Source: Methanobacteriota archaeon (lineage in GTDB: Archaea; Thermoplasmatota; E2; DHVEG-1). Taken from it: 32,711 nucleotides of DNA. The notes under the pieces are model-generated. The model saw only the letters and a list, made by a program, of their open reading frames with translations. It searched no databases and was not told the DNA's origin. Below, piece by piece: positions 8,611 through 19,430 of the stretch. The stretch's first letter is position 1, and each line of letters begins with the position of its first letter. Location of the stretch: contig JAPKYG010000037.1 in the NCBI GenBank assembly GCA_026394435.1, positions 1-32,711 on the forward strand, given 5' to 3'. The position numbers and the translations under genes are program-made.

Positions 8611-9006
8611 ATGGATATGGAGATTACGTTTCCTGGTGGGAAGAGAGTTGAAGCACACTATGGTGGTTTTACGATAAAAACCGATCAACCAGTTGCTGAT
8701 GGAGGGTCTGGGACTGCTCCGTCACCGTTTGATTTGTTTCTGGCATCAATTGGTACATGTACAGGATATTATGTGTTGAGTTTTTGTCAGAAGAATAACA
8801 TTCCGACAGAGAATATGAGGTTGACTGCAAGCATACAGAGGAATTCCGGGACGCATCTGGTGGAAAACATTCGTATTGACATTCATGTTCCAAGGGAGTT
8901 TCCGGAGAAATACAAAAACGCGGTAGTGAAGGCAGCAGATGCATGTGTGGTGAAACGACATTTGAATACACCACCAAAGATACATATCATCGTAGCATCC
9001 CACTAG
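8611..9006 (+). CDS. OsmC/Ohr family protein
   Basis: TDQP..GGSGTAPSPFDLFLASIGTC and ACVVKRHL two-Cys motif; start moved to the ATG at 8611 behind GGAGG (8598-8602). Confidence 0.88.
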   Translation: MDMEITFPGGKRVEAHYGGFTIKTDQPVADGGSGTAPSPFDLFLASIGTCTGYYVLSFCQKNNIPTENMRLTASIQRNSGTHLVENIRIDIHVPREFPEKYKNAVVKAADACVVKRHLNTPPKIHIIVASH

Positions 9007-9044
9007 TCATTATCTTTATCTATCTCTTTTCTATTGCCAAGTGA

Positions 9045-10551
<1,507 letters not shown>

Positions 10552-10555
<4 letters not shown>

Positions 10556-10692
10556 ACGCTTTTGATGCGTTTTGCAACAGTTGGCCGCTCTTTATAGAAT
10601 ACTTTGCTTCCGCAATACGGGCATTGCATCCCGATGTTTTTCACATCGAACTGCACTGCTTTCTTACACAAACCACACTTATACCTGGTCAC
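10552..10692 (-). CDS. rpoP: RNA polymerase subunit P (Rpo12), 46 aa, absent from ORF track
   Basis: GTG start; MTRYKCGLCKKAVQFDVKNIGMQCPYCGSKVFYKERPTVAKRIKSV zinc ribbon; GTGA and ATGA overlaps with both neighbours. Confidence 0.93.
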
Positions 10693-10982
10693 TTGGATTC
10701 CTCTTCAGCAGGTAACTCGACAGGCAGTCCCTTGAGGATTCGTTCTGCGGTCACACCGGAGGGCGTGGATGGCATATAGGCACCACCAGCAAAGATATTG
10801 CCGCATTTCTTGCATTCCCAAATACTCGTACTCGTTCGTTGCACTGCTTTCTGACCGCACCGGGGGCACTCGTGACGGAGTTTCTGCTGGCTTTCCACGT
10901 CTCTGATCATGCTACGTGATTTTACACCGTATCGCTCTGCGAAGCGACCGGATGTGCCAACTTTTTTCGTACGTTTTGACAT
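10689..10982 (-). CDS. rpl37ae: 50S ribosomal protein L37Ae (eL43)
   Basis: RTKKVG..GRF..RYG, CPRC..IWECKKC..FAGGAY. Confidence 0.96.
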   Translation of the reverse strand: MSKRTKKVGTSGRFAERYGVKSRSMIRDVESQQKLRHECPRCGQKAVQRTSTSIWECKKCGNIFAGGAYMPSTPSGVTAERILKGLPVELPAEEESK

Positions 10983-10997
10983 GGTATTTCCCTGTAC

Positions 10998-11801
10998 TTA
11001 CGATGAAGTAATTTCTATTAACTTCTTTCGTATTTCTTTCCCGTTATCCAGAGCTCCTTTTATAACTTTTTGTATCTCGTCCTTGGAAAAACTGCCGGAA
11101 AGCCCTTTCTGCATCGCCCGAATATCACCGTTATGGTCCGTGGCAACCGTTAACCGCACGTCCGCGATGACTTCTTCATCAAAACAAGGGTCAAAGAGGA
11201 CAAAATCATTGATTTTAACTGCGGTACAAGAAATCGGTGGCTCTGACATAGGCAAGGGGAAATCTTCTTTTTGATATCCCTCAGGGAGTTGTTCTTCAAA
11301 CCGCTTCGCAGGGACAATCGTTGTTGACAATGCAGCAAGAGCACCCAAAGATGCTGCATCAAAGAGATTTCCATCGTAATCAAGGACATGGATATCGATG
11401 AAGACCAACCAGACCAGCTCACCGGGAGTTACAACAAGTTTTTCAACATCAACGACCTTTGATTCACGCACCCCACGGTCGACGACCCGGGCTAGCTCAA
11501 TGGCATCTTCTCGTGGTGGACCTGACTCAAAATCAGGGGATGCCAAAGGAACAAGCTCAGCAGCGGTGCTTAACACTCCCATGTTTGGGGTATCCGGGAA
11601 TGGTTCACCCAGGCCCATTTTGATACCAACAAGAACTTGGGTATTTCCAATTTTTACTCGTGCGGATCCCTCTGCCTTGTTGACCACCTTTGTTTCAATC
11701 TCAATCGTCCGGTATTGGTCAAAGCTACGTCCATCGATACGTTTCCCTTGCGCCCCAAGATTTGTAATATAATCACGCTTAATAATAGGGACAATGGTCA
11801 T
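10998..11801 (-). CDS. rrp42: Exosome complex subunit Rrp42
   Basis: [36 protein letters not shown] and DYDGNLFDA. Confidence 0.96.
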   Translation of the reverse strand: MTIVPIIKRDYITNLGAQGKRIDGRSFDQYRTIEIETKVVNKAEGSARVKIGNTQVLVGIKMGLGEPFPDTPNMGVLSTAAELVPLASPDFESGPPREDAIELARVVDRGVRESKVVDVEKLVVTPGELVWLVFIDIHVLDYDGNLFDAASLGALAALSTTIVPAKRFEEQLPEGYQKEDFPLPMSEPPISCTAVKINDFVLFDPCFDEEVIADVRLTVATDHNGDIRAMQKGLSGSFSKDEIQKVIKGALDNGKEIRKKLIEITSS

Positions 11802-12532
11802 TCTTGCACCTCCGCGGCAATAGCTTGATACTTATGCATGACCGCTTTTTTCTGAATCTCAGAAACCGCATGGCATCCTTTCACGGCGAGGTCAAACGCC
11901 TGGTTAAACTCATCAACGGTGAGATGTCCATCCATCTGTAATAAGAGTACTTCACCGGTTCGTGGTGAAATTGCGACAGGCAGGTCAGCATCACCAAAGT
12001 TATCTTCCTCTTTTCCCAGATCTAGGACAACCTGGCCATTGATTTTTCCGGCAGCAATTGCAACCGGGATATCTCTCATGGGGATCCCTGCATCGATGAG
12101 GGCGACACCGGCAGCGGTTAACCCGGCACAGCGTGTTCCTGCCTCTGCATCAAGCACCTCGATGTTCACATTGACGGTTGCCCGGGGGAACTGCTCGGTA
12201 AGGATTACTTTTTCCAGGGCTTCTGAGATAACTTTTGAAATCTCGACGCTTCGTCGGTCAGGGCCAGGTCGTTTACGATCTTCGACGCTGAACGCAGCCA
12301 TATTATATCGCGCTTGCACAATCGCTCTGAGCGGATTCTGCGTGTGTCGTGGTACTGCCTCTCGAGGGCCATACACGGCCACGAGGACTTTATTGCCACC
12401 CCATTCCAGGTAACATGAGCCGTCTGCTCGATGAAGCACGCCAGCCTCGATTTTGATTTTCCGTATATCTTCTGGACCTCGTCCATCTAATCGTTTTCCT
12501 TCGCTGGTTATTAACTCAATATCTGATTTCAT
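11798..12532 (-). CDS. rrp41: Exosome complex exonuclease Rrp41
   Basis: [47 protein letters not shown] and EEDNFGDAD. Confidence 0.97.
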   Translation of the reverse strand: MKSDIELITSEGKRLDGRGPEDIRKIKIEAGVLHRADGSCYLEWGGNKVLVAVYGPREAVPRHTQNPLRAIVQARYNMAAFSVEDRKRPGPDRRSVEISKVISEALEKVILTEQFPRATVNVNIEVLDAEAGTRCAGLTAAGVALIDAGIPMRDIPVAIAAGKINGQVVLDLGKEEDNFGDADLPVAISPRTGEVLLLQMDGHLTVDEFNQAFDLAVKGCHAVSEIQKKAVMHKYQAIAAEVQE

Positions 12533-13212
12533 TATCTTACATCCTTTGCATCTTTTTTCAAGAGTTCTTCTATTCTATCAGTGAGCCCGAACGTAGCAGC
12601 CTCACTTTCTATCTTAGAGATCGCTTGTAGCACCTTTGCGATGCCTTCCGCATCTCCATCTATCCAAATACGACCGTTCTTACCGACTTTGATTCGGCAG
12701 CGGGTGTATTTTTGTATTATCTCTATCATCGAATATTTTTTTCCCATAATGCGGCGATAAATTGAGGGTTCAAATTCAATGATATGACCGCCTTTGAGTT
12801 TAAACAGGTTACGATCATTCAGTGTTATCTGAAGTTTCTTTGATTCATCAATCGAGAGAACCTTTGCCAGTATGGCATCACCGGTGTTTAAATATTTTTC
12901 TGTATCGGCGAATTCGATCTCCCAAGGCACCTCGTGTACATGTAAGAGTGCCGGGTACGGGGCGTTGATATCAACCATCCAGTTCGATGTTGATGCTTCT
13001 TCCACGACACCGATGACAAAATCATCAACAATCGGTTCATATCGTCCTTTTAACGGAATGATGTTGATGAAATTATCTTGTATATTCAGTACTCCAAGTC
13101 GTTCTGCGTAGATTTTTTTGTTTTCTACAAATGTTCCCCGACCAGGCTTGAAGGCAGGTATATCACCGAGAATCTGACCAGGAATTACAATTTGACGTCC
13201 TTCATTTGGCAT
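12532..13212 (-). CDS. rrp4: Exosome RNA-binding subunit Rrp4
   Basis: IVIPG N-domain, S1 domain ([11 protein letters not shown]) and KH domain with GKNGRIWI. Confidence 0.94.
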   Translation of the reverse strand: MPNEGRQIVIPGQILGDIPAFKPGRGTFVENKKIYAERLGVLNIQDNFINIIPLKGRYEPIVDDFVIGVVEEASTSNWMVDINAPYPALLHVHEVPWEIEFADTEKYLNTGDAILAKVLSIDESKKLQITLNDRNLFKLKGGHIIEFEPSIYRRIMGKKYSMIEIIQKYTRCRIKVGKNGRIWIDGDAEGIAKVLQAISKIESEAATFGLTDRIEELLKKDAKDVR

Positions 13213-13238
13213 AAAATCATGTATCCTTTTTTACAAAC

Positions 13239-13934
13239 CTACTTCAAAATTCGTGTTTCTACATTTCCTTTCGTAAGTGTATTTAACCGATCATAAAAAT
13301 CTGTTTGCATTCCCGCTGGAAGTTTCACAATACCGACCCAGGTGCCATCTGACTGCCATTCCTCCCGCTCTAATGTGCCAAAGCTGCGGACCGCACCGTA
13401 CGCTTTCCCAACATGTTCAGGGGGAATTTTCACAGAGACCCGTGTCTGATCCATCGAGATAGGGAGAATAGGTCGGAGTATCTCAATGATGGTTTTCATC
13501 TGTTGGTTCACTGATTTAAAGGGATCGATATGCACCTTTGCTTCATCCATCGCAAGTTCAATTCGGGTTCTGGGATGTGGCATCTTCGTCTGCGGGTCCA
13601 TCGCGTTTCTCACTATCAAATCAACGATACGTTTTTTCTTCTGCTCCTGCATTTCATGACGCTGCTCTGTTGTCAGCTGGATTTCTCCTTTCTGAATGAT
13701 TTCTTTGGCAATCGTTGAAATATCAGTGGTGTTGAAATGTTTCTGAAGTGATTCGATGGGTGCATGGGTCCCTTTCTTTGAATCACTAAAAACCGCATCA
13801 ATCGCAAGAGCGGAGAGAATATTTTCTATTTTTCCCTCCAGGATATGCTCTGCCTCATGAGGATCCACGAGGATCTCGAAACGATCCGTTCCTTTATGCA
13901 AACGCGCAATCACTGCGTTTTCTAGACTTACCAA
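13239..13934 (-). CDS. sbds: Ribosome maturation factor SBDS/SDO1
   Basis: RFEILVDP, GEIQLTTEQR, NAMDPQT..PHP..RIE.AM.EA; TTG start behind GGAGGT. Confidence 0.95.
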   Translation of the reverse strand: MVSLENAVIARLHKGTDRFEILVDPHEAEHILEGKIENILSALAIDAVFSDSKKGTHAPIESLQKHFNTTDISTIAKEIIQKGEIQLTTEQRHEMQEQKKKRIVDLIVRNAMDPQTKMPHPRTRIELAMDEAKVHIDPFKSVNQQMKTIIEILRPILPISMDQTRVSVKIPPEHVGKAYGAVRSFGTLEREEWQSDGTWVGIVKLPAGMQTDFYDRLNTLTKGNVETRILK

Positions 13935-13936
13935 CT

Positions 13937-14659
13937 CTACTTACCTCCAATCGCCTTGGTCACATACGTCTTTGTTTCCGCAGGTGACAGGATATGGAAT
14001 TTGACTCCTTTTTTCACCACACCAATTTCGATCGCATCAGGATTCAACTTCCCTTCAGTACCCTTATGTAATGCTTTCACACCCAGATCAACAGCCTCGT
14101 CCATAGACATGTTGTCTTTATAATGTTCCTCGAAGTAGGCCATTGCCCCTGTGCGTCCGGCCCCTTCACTGGCTGCCTTGTATTCCATGAGGGCACCAGA
14201 AGGATCAGTGGAAAACAAGCGAGCACCGGTTTGATCGACCCCCGCAATCAACAATGCAGTTCCAAACGGTCGAACACCACCATACTGGGTGTATGTTTGT
14301 TTAAAATCACAAATTCGTTTCACCAGTGTTTCGACCTGAATTTTTTCACCATAGGTTATCTCATTGATTTGCGCATCCAGGCGAGCTCTATCAATCAAGG
14401 ATCGAGCATCGGCAACAAGACCAGATGTTGCGCACCCAATGTGATCATCGATAATGAAAATCTTCTCAATGGAATCCGGCTCAATGAGTCGAGATGTAAT
14501 ACGTTTATCAACAATTAAGATAGCGCCATCTCGGAATTTCACTCCCACTGTTGTTGTTCCGCGTTTTACTGCTTCTCGTGCGTACTCCACTTGAAACAAT
14601 CGTCCATCGGGGGAAAAGACGGTAATCGCTCGATCATATGCCATATTTGATGGTTGCAT
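13937..14659 (-). CDS. psmA: Proteasome alpha subunit
   Basis: [20 protein letters not shown] signature and YGGVRPFG; GAGGTGA SD. Confidence 0.98.
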   Translation of the reverse strand: MQPSNMAYDRAITVFSPDGRLFQVEYAREAVKRGTTTVGVKFRDGAILIVDKRITSRLIEPDSIEKIFIIDDHIGCATSGLVADARSLIDRARLDAQINEITYGEKIQVETLVKRICDFKQTYTQYGGVRPFGTALLIAGVDQTGARLFSTDPSGALMEYKAASEGAGRTGAMAYFEEHYKDNMSMDEAVDLGVKALHKGTEGKLNPDAIEIGVVKKGVKFHILSPAETKTYVTKAIGGK

Positions 14660-14793
14660 TTTTTATTTCACCTCATATTTTCTTCTGTTTTTCTCTGTTA
14701 TCTCTCTCAATTTTAACCATGAATGCACTTTTGATGTATATAGTTTGTGTTCACGTTTCTTCTCCAGAGAAATACGATAAGAATGACGATAAG

Positions 14794-15423
14794 TTAGACT
14801 CCTCTTTTTGTTCCCCAAATGATTTTATGCAGTTGCAGTGCCAGTCGCACCGGTACTCCATCGTTGAGAATCCATGACGCAAGCTTCTTTGGGTTCGTAC
14901 CCCAAACAGGTTGGAAAAACACGGTGCATGGTGGGTTGTATTTTTTGAGAATTTTTTTCGCGTAATCGTAATCTTCTTTGTTTTTAATGATGAATTTAAG
15001 TTGGTCCTTTTTTGAAAGATATGATATATTTTTCATGTTCATTTGCTCATACGAACCTGACGAGGGGCATTTGATGTCCAGAGAGATCATTAAGGATTTT
15101 TTTCCCACAAACTTCTTGATGCTGATGCTTCCGTTTGTTTCAAGACATATCTTGTAATTTTTTTGAAGGAGCCACTCTATAAGTTTCGGTGCGTCTTTTT
15201 GCAGCAGTGGTTCCCCGCCCGTGAGACAAACATAGGTGCAAGCAAATTTCTTAATCTCATCGAGAATCTCTTGTATACTCATCTCGGTTCCTTGTTCGTA
15301 GGCATACGTGGTATCGCAGAAGGAACAACGTAAGTTACAGCCGGTGAGTCTCAGAAAAATACTGGGTACACCAACCAATGTGCCTTCTCCTTGTATTGAG
15401 TAAAATATTTCATTTACTTTCAT
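14794..15423 (-). CDS. queE: 7-carboxy-7-deazaguanine synthase (radical SAM; preQ0/archaeosine pathway)
   Basis: EIFYSIQGEG, RLTGCNLRCSFCDT, TGGEPLLQ, ETNG, DIKCPSSG and QLHKIIW. Confidence 0.9.
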   Translation of the reverse strand: MKVNEIFYSIQGEGTLVGVPSIFLRLTGCNLRCSFCDTTYAYEQGTEMSIQEILDEIKKFACTYVCLTGGEPLLQKDAPKLIEWLLQKNYKICLETNGSISIKKFVGKKSLMISLDIKCPSSGSYEQMNMKNISYLSKKDQLKFIIKNKEDYDYAKKILKKYNPPCTVFFQPVWGTNPKKLASWILNDGVPVRLALQLHKIIWGTKRGV

Positions 15424-15500
15424 TTGTGTGATGTATTTGGAACGTCAATTAAAATCTTTGCTCGGTAGAAAAAGGAAAACACAGCAGATAGAATGGATGT

Positions 15501-15515
15501 AAAAATATTTATAGG
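15501..15515 (+). promoter_or_regulatory. Possible upstream BRE/TATA element (AAAAATA-TTTATAGG)
   Basis: TTTATA at 15508-15513 preceded by an A-rich BRE-like run. Confidence 0.35.
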
Positions 15516-15527
15516 GGAAGTAATATT

Positions 15528-15596
15528 ACGGGTAAGCCGTTCCAATGTTACTTGATATAGTGTATAGTATAAATAATGAGTGGAACTGTGGCCCGT
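15528..15596. repeat. Imperfect inverted repeat / stem-loop upstream of tRNA-Lys
   Basis: ACGGGT(15528-33) pairs with GCCCGT(15591-96); GTTCCA(15539-44) pairs with TGGAAC(15581-86). Confidence 0.5.
15568..15575 (+). promoter_or_regulatory. TATA box for tRNA-Lys/rpo operon
   Basis: TATAAATA ending 25 nt before the tRNA 5' end. Confidence 0.55.
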
Positions 15597-15600
15597 CCTT

Positions 15601-15674
15601 GGGCCTGTAGCTCAGCTAGGTAGAGCATCTGGCTTTTAACCAGGTGGCCAAGGGTTCGAATCCCTTCAGGCCCG
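15601..15674 (+). tRNA. tRNA-Lys(UUU), intronless, CCA not fully encoded
   Basis: Acceptor GGGCCTG/CAGGCCC-G; D arm GCTC..GAGC; anticodon arm TCTGG-CTTTTAA-CCAGG; T arm AAGGG-TTCGAAT-CCCTT. Confidence 0.96.
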
Positions 15675-15708
15675 CCTTTCCTCAAAAGGAACGCAGGAGG
15701 AATGTAGT

Positions 15709-16029
15709 ATCGCAGCCCCGCCAAAAAAATATTACGACATCTTAGGACATAAGCTTGTTCCGGAACATACTATTTTATCTGAGAAAGAGAAAAAGGAGTT
15801 GTTAAAGGAATACGATATCAGACCTGATCAACTGCCACGTATTCTTGCAAATGATCCAGCAGTGATTTCCGCGGGAGCCAAACCTGGACAGATTGTGAAG
15901 ATCATCCGGAAAAGCCCTACCGCGAAATATGCGACCGCGTATCGGTTAGTTGTTGAGAGTGATACCTCTGAGAGTTTTGTCTTCGCTGAGCCATCTGAAG
16001 AGGTCAGCACGGCAAGTGAAGAGATATAG
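15709..16029 (+). CDS. rpoH: RNA polymerase subunit H (Rpo5); probable ATC start
   Basis: Conserved DILGHKLVPEHTILSE lies upstream of the ORF-track start, followed by QLPRI..DP, G.IVKI.RKS.TA and YR.VV; GGAGG 8 nt before the ATC at 15709. Confidence 0.9.
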   Translation: MAAPPKKYYDILGHKLVPEHTILSEKEKKELLKEYDIRPDQLPRILANDPAVISAGAKPGQIVKIIRKSPTAKYATAYRLVVESDTSESFVFAEPSEEVSTASEEI

Positions 16030-16052
16030 AAAGGGGAATATGAGGAGTACTT

Positions 16053-19000
16053 ATGAGAGAACTTGTTGATGCGTTTTATCGAGAACGAAGTATTGTCAAC
16101 CATCAGATCGCCTCCTACGATGATTTTTTACGACATCGTCTGCAGCGGATTGTCGATGGCACGATCATTGGTCAGGAAGAAGAAGGGATGAAAAGAGGGT
16201 ATATCTACCCGGAGATTGAAGGATATAAGATTAAGTTCGGGAAGATCAAAATTGGTCTTCCACAGGTAAAAGAAGCGGATGGGACCGAGCGGCCTTTGAC
16301 ACCGATGGAAGCGCGGCTACGAGATCTGACGTATGAGGCGCCGCTTGAGCTTGAGTTCATTCCTGTGAAAAATGAGGTGGAGTACGAGCCTGAGACGGTT
16401 CGCGTTGGTGAACTGCCCATCATGGTGAAGTCTCTGCGATGTAACATCTCCCAAAAAGTTTTAGAAGAAAAATTGGATCGGCCTTTCTCTGATGAGGATT
16501 ATCAAAAAGAGCTTCAGCAGCTGCAGGAAGACCCGTTGGATCCTGGTGGGTATTTCATTAGCAACGGGACAGAACGAGTGTTAATCACGGTTGAGGATCT
16601 AGCTCCAAACAGGGTTCTTGTTGAGCGGTCAAGCAGATATGGTACCGATGTTGAAGTTGCTAAGGTTTTTTCCCAACGGGAAGGATATCGTGCGTTAACC
16701 GTGGTGGAAAAACGGAAGGATGGCATGCTCATGGTGAGCTTGCCGACAACGTATGGTCAGATCCCGCTTATTGTCTTATTGCGTGCTCTGGGGATGGAGA
16801 ACGATAAAGAAATCGTTGATGTCATCTGTGTTGATCCGAAGATGGAGCCGTATGTGCTTGCGAACATCGAGGAATGCGCGAAGGAATATAGTATCGCAAC
16901 AAAGGAAGAAGCAGTTGCGTATCTTGGGAAGAAGTTCGCTGGTGGGCAGGCAAAAGAGTACCGTGTGAAACGTGTTGAAACCATCATGGATCGGCATCTT
17001 CTGGCTCATCTTGGGAATGACCCTGATGATCGTTTAAAAAAGGCTATTTTCGTGGCTCGCATGGGGATGGCTGTGTTAGAACTCGCCCTCGGGAAACGAG
17101 AGCAGGATGACAAAGACCATTACGCAAACAAGCGTTTGAAGCTTGCGGGGGATCTCATGGAGGATCTCTTCCGAGTCGCGTTTACCGCCTTGTGTAAGGA
17201 TCTAAAATATCAGATTGAACGCATTCATGCCAAAGGAAAAGAAATCAAGATCGCGTCATCGCTACGTTCCGATGTTCTCAGTCAACGTATTCATCACGCG
17301 CTTGCAACAGGGAACTGGGTTGGTGGACGAGCAGGAGTCTCACAGCTTCTTGATCGAACCAGCAATTTAGCGGTTCTGAGTCACTTACGACGAGTTACGT
17401 CACCGTTGACGAGGTCACAACCACATTTCGAAGCACGAGATTTGCATTCAACCCAATGGGGACGACTTTGCCCGAATGAAACGCCAGAAGGACCGAACTG
17501 TGGTCTGGTCAAGAACCTTGCACTTACTGTCGAAATCTCAGAAGGTTTTGGAGAAAAAGAAGTGGAAACAGTCCTGCGAGAACTTGGGATTAAGGAACTG
17601 ACGAAACACGTCACGGGTGCCCGTGTTTATCTGAACGGGGACCTTATCGGGATGCATCCGAACGGTGCAGATCTTGTCAAGAAATTGCGAGAACGACGAC
17701 GAAAGGGAATGCTTAGTACCGAAATCAATGTTACCTATGATATTGAAGGAAACGATGTGATTGTGAACTGTGATTGTGGACGGTTACGACGACCGCTGCT
17801 TGTTGCTGAAAATGGTAAACTCTTGGTAAATCAAAAAAACCTTGCTGAACTTAAAGAAGGAAAGAAGAATTGGTCTAATCTTATCAATGAGGGGGCTGTC
17901 GAATACATAGATGCTGAAGAAGAAGAAAACGCACTCATTGCGTTACGAGAAGAAAATCTGACCCCAGATCATACCCATATGGAGCTTGACCCGATGTGTA
18001 TTCTCGGGATCGGTGCATCCCTTGTTCCCTATCCGGAGCATAACTCGTCTCCAAGAATTACGATGGGCGCAGGAATGGGAAAACAATCGCTCGGGTTCGG
18101 TGCGTCAAACTACCGTATACGACCGGACACACGGAGTCATCTGCTTCACTATCCACAGATGCCGTTAGTGCAGACACATCCGATTCATTATATTCGATTT
18201 AGAGAACGACCTGCTGGGCAGAACTATATTGTCGCGGTTGCCTCGTTTCAGGGATATAACATGGAAGATGCCTTGATCATGAGCAAGTCATCGATCGAAC
18301 GAGGACTCGGTCGGAGTACATTCATCCGAACATATAGCAGTGAAGAGAAGCGATATCCTGGTGGTCAAGAGGATCATTTTGAAATCCCAAATCCGGATTG
18401 TCGAGGCGTTCGCACTGAAGACGCGTATAACAATCTGGGTGAAGACGGGTTGATTTCTCCAGAATGTGGCGCAAACGGCGGAGACGTTTTGATTGGGAAA
18501 ACATCACCACCGCGTTTCCTTGAAGAACCGACTGATTTTCTTACGCCTCAGAAACGAAGAGAGACCTCGGTTACGGTTCAACATGGGGAAGGCGGTGTTG
18601 TTGATAAAGTCATGTTGTCTGAGTCTGTCAATGGGTCACGAATGGTGAAGATAAAAGTCAGAGAACAACGAATCCCTGAACTCGGGGATAAGTTCGCATC
18701 AAAACATGGTCAGAAAGGAGTGATTGGATATGTGGTATCTGCAGAAAACATGCCGTTCACCCAAGACGGCATGACACCTGATTTAATCATTAACCCACAT
18801 GCTATCCCATCAAGAATGACGGTTGCGCATGTGCTTGAGATGATCGGTGGGAAAGTCGGATCACTTGAGGGGCGAATCGTTGATGGAACAGCTTTTAGCG
18901 GGGAAGACGAAGATCAACTCCGAACGGCTTTAGTGAAAAATGGGTTTAACCACGCGGGAAAAGAAATCTTCTATGATGGACTCACCGGACGACCATTGGA

Positions 19001-19418
19001 ATGTGATATTTTTGTTGGATGTATCTATTATCAGAAGCTTCATCATATGGTCGCTGGTAAGATTCATGCCAGATCACGAGGACCCGTGCAGATCCTCACA
19101 AGACAACCAACGGAGGGACGAGCCAGGGAAGGGGGTCTACGGTTTGGAGAAATGGAACGCGACTGTCTCATTGGCCATGGTGCCTCCATGGTCATTAAAG
19201 ATCGATTACTTGATGAATCAGATATCACGATGAAGTATGTCTGTAACACGTGTGGTCATATCGCGATGATTGATCGTCATGGGCGGTTACATTGTCCAAT
19301 CTGTGGTGATAAAGCAGATATCCACCCAGTGGAGATGAGCTACGCGTTCAAGCTACTTATTGATGAGTTGAAATCTCTTGTGGTTGTACCACGTATTAAA
19401 CTGGAGTCGTTGGTGTAG
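16053..19418 (+). CDS. rpoB: RNA polymerase subunit B (Rpo2, unsplit)
   Basis: [63 protein letters not shown] and C-terminal Zn finger. Confidence 0.98.
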   Translation: MRELVDAFYRERSIVNHQIASYDDFLRHRLQRIVDGTIIGQEEEGMKRGYIYPEIEGYKIKFGKIKIGLPQVKEADGTERPLTPMEARLRDLTYEAPLELEFIPVKNEVEYEPETVRVGELPIMVKSLRCNISQKVLEEKLDRPFSDEDYQKELQQLQEDPLDPGGYFISNGTERVLITVEDLAPNRVLVERSSRYGTDVEVAKVFSQREGYRALTVVEKRKDGMLMVSLPTTYGQIPLIVLLRALGMENDKEIVDVICVDPKMEPYVLANIEECAKEYSIATKEEAVAYLGKKFAGGQAKEYRVKRVETIMDRHLLAHLGNDPDDRLKKAIFVARMGMAVLELALGKREQDDKDHYANKRLKLAGDLMEDLFRVAFTALCKDLKYQIERIHAKGKEIKIASSLRSDVLSQRIHHALATGNWVGGRAGVSQLLDRTSNLAVLSHLRRVTSPLTRSQPHFEARDLHSTQWGRLCPNETPEGPNCGLVKNLALTVEISEGFGEKEVETVLRELGIKELTKHVTGARVYLNGDLIGMHPNGADLVKKLRERRRKGMLSTEINVTYDIEGNDVIVNCDCGRLRRPLLVAENGKLLVNQKNLAELKEGKKNWSNLINEGAVEYIDAEEEENALIALREENLTPDHTHMELDPMCILGIGASLVPYPEHNSSPRITMGAGMGKQSLGFGASNYRIRPDTRSHLLHYPQMPLVQTHPIHYIRFRERPAGQNYIVAVASFQGYNMEDALIMSKSSIERGLGRSTFIRTYSSEEKRYPGGQEDHFEIPNPDCRGVRTEDAYNNLGEDGLISPECGANGGDVLIGKTSPPRFLEEPTDFLTPQKRRETSVTVQHGEGGVVDKVMLSESVNGSRMVKIKVREQRIPELGDKFASKHGQKGVIGYVVSAENMPFTQDGMTPDLIINPHAIPSRMTVAHVLEMIGGKVGSLEGRIVDGTAFSGEDEDQLRTALVKNGFNHAGKEIFYDGLTGRPLECDIFVGCIYYQKLHHMVAGKIHARSRGPVQILTRQPTEGRAREGGLRFGEMERDCLIGHGASMVIKDRLLDESDITMKYVCNTCGHIAMIDRHGRLHCPICGDKADIHPVEMSYAFKLLIDELKSLVVVPRIKLESLV

Positions 19419-19430
19419 GGGGTAAAAGAA

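Noticed and set aside
15601-15700. tRNA-Lys as an integration (att) site
   Set aside because: No integrase and no downstream duplicate of the tRNA 3' end; core genes follow immediately
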